Under the pieces are notes generated by a model. That model was given only the letters and a program-made list of their open reading frames with translations. It did no database searches and had not been told where the DNA came from. From Thermoanaerobaculia bacterium (GTDB lineage: Bacteria > Acidobacteriota > Thermoanaerobaculia > Multivoradales > Multivoraceae), in NCBI GenBank assembly GCA_963664405.1, contig OY761158.1, positions 4,448,001 to 4,512,000 on the forward strand: a DNA stretch of 64,000 bases, given 5' to 3'. The position numbers and the translations under genes were made by a program. Shown one piece after another: positions 60,833-64,000 of this stretch; position 1 is the first letter of the stretch; each line of letters starts with the position of its first letter.

Positions 60833-62215
60833 GTGCCGATGACTCCAGCCCTCACGCCAACCCGCAAAGTGCAAGGGCTCGTTTGCGCCCTCGCTCTCGG
60901 CGCGATGGCGCTCTCGACCCCCGCCAGACCTGAGATCTCCGCCCTCGCCGGGGAGGGTGAGCTCTACACGGCTCTGGTCGCCAGCTACGGAGATCTCTTC
61001 CCGGAAGGCACGGCCTACCCGGAGGACCGCAATGTTTTGGCGCTCGAAGTCGCACATGGCGAGAGCTTCGAGCGGATCCTGGTTCCCGGAGGCGAAAGCG
61101 CTGCGTCGGGCTCCACTCCCTTCGTGGTCTACGAGGGTATAGGGGGTCGCCTCTTCTTACTGTGGGAAGGCTACAGCCACATCCACTCCAACTTGAATCT
61201 GACCAGCTTCGACGGCGTCGAATTTTCTCAGCCGCTTCTCATTTCCGGCAATCCGTTCACCAAGAAGTCGTCGCCTCAGCTTGCGGTAACCCGCGAGACC
61301 TTTGTCGAAGGCAGCGACGAAGCCGCACAACGAGTCGAAAGAACGGTGATCCACACCGTCTGGTACGAGGATGACTTCGGCGAGGTCGATCTCATCTACA
61401 GCCCGGTAGTCCTGCAAGGAGGCGCCCCCCTCGAACAGCTCCCGCCACTCTTCAATCTGGGCGACTTCGTCACCGCGCCGGGCGACGGAGCGGCTCTGGT
61501 CGGCGCCGAGCCCCCAGCCGAGCTTCTACGCAGCTTTCGCGTGCTTCGCGGCGATGGCAGGAGCGTGCTGATTGCCTTTGCAGACGCCACCACCGGGCAG
61601 CTGGTCTCCGCTCGGATCGACCTCCTACCCAGGGAGCTGAGCGAGATCGCGGACGAGCTCGAGCGTTACCTCCTCGAAGACGAGGAAGACGCTTGCGGCG
61701 CCGAATCGAAGCAACTCGCTGAACGGGGACGCGCTCACCTGGTGGTCATTGGGAGGAAGTTCAGCTCCTTCGTGCAGGACTATTTGGCGGCAGAGATCCG
61801 CACCTGGCTGGCGGAAGAAAGGCGGGCAGCCTGCAAGGAGGGCGGCGTTGGCGAGCTTGCACGGCGAGCCAGAGCACACCTGGTGATGATCGGAAAGCGG
61901 GCGCTGCATGATGGGCTTCGCAACTCAGCCGAAGGCCAGCTCAGCTATTTCTTATCGCTCGGAAGCACCGACCGCGACGACCTCGTCTTCAATATTGTCG
62001 GCCAAAGGACACTCGCTCCCGAGGTAGCAAGCGGGGCGACTCGTCTTCACGTCGGAGGCAAGGGGAGCAATCTTCTGGTCTCTTGGCTCGAAGGAGCCAG
62101 CCTGCAATACCAGGAGAGTGTAGACACAGATTGGCTTCCGGCACAGTCCCTGCGCATATGGGAAAGCTTCAGTCTCGAGCAGGCCTATCGCGCGCTGGAC
62201 GAGCGCGCGCGCTAG
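60833..62215 (+). CDS. Secreted hypothetical protein with internal helical repeat
   Basis: Signal peptide, then LAERGRAHLVVIG and LARRARAHLVMIG. Confidence 0.7.
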   Translation: MPMTPALTPTRKVQGLVCALALGAMALSTPARPEISALAGEGELYTALVASYGDLFPEGTAYPEDRNVLALEVAHGESFERILVPGGESAASGSTPFVVYEGIGGRLFLLWEGYSHIHSNLNLTSFDGVEFSQPLLISGNPFTKKSSPQLAVTRETFVEGSDEAAQRVERTVIHTVWYEDDFGEVDLIYSPVVLQGGAPLEQLPPLFNLGDFVTAPGDGAALVGAEPPAELLRSFRVLRGDGRSVLIAFADATTGQLVSARIDLLPRELSEIADELERYLLEDEEDACGAESKQLAERGRAHLVVIGRKFSSFVQDYLAAEIRTWLAEERRAACKEGGVGELARRARAHLVMIGKRALHDGLRNSAEGQLSYFLSLGSTDRDDLVFNIVGQRTLAPEVASGATRLHVGGKGSNLLVSWLEGASLQYQESVDTDWLPAQSLRIWESFSLEQAYRALDERAR

Positions 62216-62252
62216 GAGCGTGTCCGAGAATCGGACAGGCGAGTAGTTCTTA

Positions 62253-64000
62253 GGGTCGGCGCGGAAATAAGTTTCCAGTATCTGGGGTGACCATACCACT
62301 GCCCCCTTCTTCAGCCACCGCATAATCCTCCGGTACGCGCCTTGTTTGCAAGGTTTAGAGCTAGCATAGCCCTGCCCGCATTTGGTATAGTTTCCCCTGT
62401 CACCTCTTTTGGAAGGGGAACTATACCAAATGGTACGAGCCGAAGATCGTGATGCAACAGTGCGCGAGCTCTTGATGAGCGAACAGATGGCCACCATGGA
62501 TGAGCTCAAGGACGCCATGGGAACCCGAGCCACCATGACGGTCTACCGTTCGCTGTCTCGATTGGGCTATTTGGCCAGCTACTCGGATCGAGGGCGGTTC
62601 TATACCTTGAACGAGATTCCCGATTTCGACGATCTGGGTTTGTGGTCGTGCGGTTCGGCGAGGTTCAGTCGGCATGGCAGCCTCCTCGAAACTGCGGTGG
62701 CTGCCGTGGACCGGTCCGCTGCCGGCTATACGGCTTCTGAGCTCGAGCTCCTGCTGCAGGTCGAGGTCAAGCACGCGATGTTGCACCTCGTTCGTCGCAA
62801 GAGAATCGTACGATCCAGAGTTGGGAAGAGGTTCGTATACTTGTGCTCGGAAACAGGGCGCCGTCGTCAGCAGAAGCTGATGCGCAACGAACGGCAGGCT
62901 CTCCAGGATGTAGCTGCCAGCCTCGTTCCAGAAGTGCTCCCCGAGGAGCTCAGGGCTGCCATCGTTTTATTCTTCAGCCTGCTAGACGAACGCCAGCGGC
63001 GGCTCTTCGCTGGCCTGGAAGCGACCAAGCTCGGGCATGGCGGCGACCGGAAGATCGCCGATCTTCTGGACCTGGACCCTCATACAGTCGCAAAAGGACG
63101 TCGCGAGCTCTTCGGCGGCTCCGTGGAGCGCGGAAGAGTTCGAAGAGCAGGCGGTGGCAACCAACGAGTGGAAAAAAAACGCCCGAGATAGTCGATGGAA
63201 TCCATTCCATACTCGAGGCCGATATAGCTGGTGATCCCATGTCATCAAAAGATGGACGCACGAGACCGCTGCAAAGGGTGGCCCAATGCCTTGCCGAACG
63301 CCTTGACATCATCGTATCGGCTACGGTGGTGCGTCGATTGCTCGCAGACCTGAACTATTCCCTCAAGAGCAATAGGAAATGTCTGTCTTCGGGGAACTCC
63401 CCAGATCGTGATGCACAGTTCAAGGCCATCAAGCGACTGCGCGAGGATTTCACAAGCGCTGGCGACCCGATCATCAGCGTCGATACGAAGAAGAAGGAGC
63501 TGATCGGTCGGTTCAAGAACCAGGGACAGACATGGTGCCGCGAGGCCAAGCGGGTCAAGGATCACGACTTCCGGTCCGAAGCTCTCGCCATCGCCTCCCC
63601 CTATGGGATCTACGATCTTCAGAGGAACTTCGGCGTTCTCGTCGTCGGACAGTCGTCGGACACGCCGGAGTTCGCCGTCAACAGCATCGCGACCTGGTGG
63701 CTCAACTACGGTCGATCTCAGTATCCGGCGGCTCAGCGTCTCCTCATTCTTGCTGACAGCGGCGCAAGCAACGGCGCACGGCTTCGAGCCTGGAAGAAGT
63801 ACCTCCAGGAGAAGCTCTCAGACAAGTGCGGCCTCATCATCACCGTAGCCCACTATCCAACCGGCACCAGTAAATGGAATCCCATCGAGCACAGGATGTT
63901 CAGCGAGATCAGCAAGAACTGGGCCGGAGTTCCTCTCGAGAGTTTCGAGATCCTGGTCAACCTCGTCCGCAACACGACGACATCCACCGGACTGCGCGTC
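62253..64000 (+). mobile_element. ISAzo13-family IS (CDS from 62430), running off the window
   Basis: LDERQRRLFAGLEA..LGHGG, TVAKGRREL and RRAGGG. Then in other frames: AGDPMS, ISVDTKKKELIG.FKN, DHDF, PYGIYD and HYPTGTSKWNPIEHRMFS. The left end is approximate. Confidence 0.9.

Overview
GC-rich bacterial window. Gene content suggests Acidobacteriota (Thermoanaerobaculia-like), which is an inference and not proven. The first 22.8 kb holds a K+-channel/J-domain/CesT-YbjN/PspA operon convergent with a membrane-fused spermidine synthase and a flavin oxidoreductase. It also holds mobile-element remnants, a secreted ankyrin protein, a PilZ protein, an intein-containing RtcB with an extra Cys4 insert, Glu/Leu/Phe/Val dehydrogenase, an F420 LLM enzyme, hydrolases and a MITE. 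From 22.8 to 41.6 kb, tRNA-Tyr and tRNA-Gly are followed by a phage-satellite-like integrative element. The element carries a tyrosine integrase, a divergent putative regulator, an AlpA/Xis-like HTH, a garbled primase module, a cos-like site, TerS and TerL, with no recognisable portal or capsid. Its cargo is a Phd-ParE/RelE pair and a Type I RM operon with a HicB plus Zn-ribbon-HEPN cassette embedded in it. From 41.6 to 48.1 kb lies a second, integrase-less and much cleaner copy of the regulation/replication module, with an NrS-1-like primase-polymerase/helicase, iteron-like repeats and VapBC. From 48.5 to 64 kb lie IS3, IS1380, ISKra4 and ISAzo13 elements or fragments, an interrupted TonB-dependent receptor, and secreted proteins of unknown function. 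Many single-base frameshifts and one heavily garbled 4-kb stretch suggest uncorrected long-read errors, so pseudogene calls are provisional. The best candidates for novelty are the RM-embedded HicB/HEPN cassette and the terminase-encoding, apparently capsid-less tRNA-Gly island.
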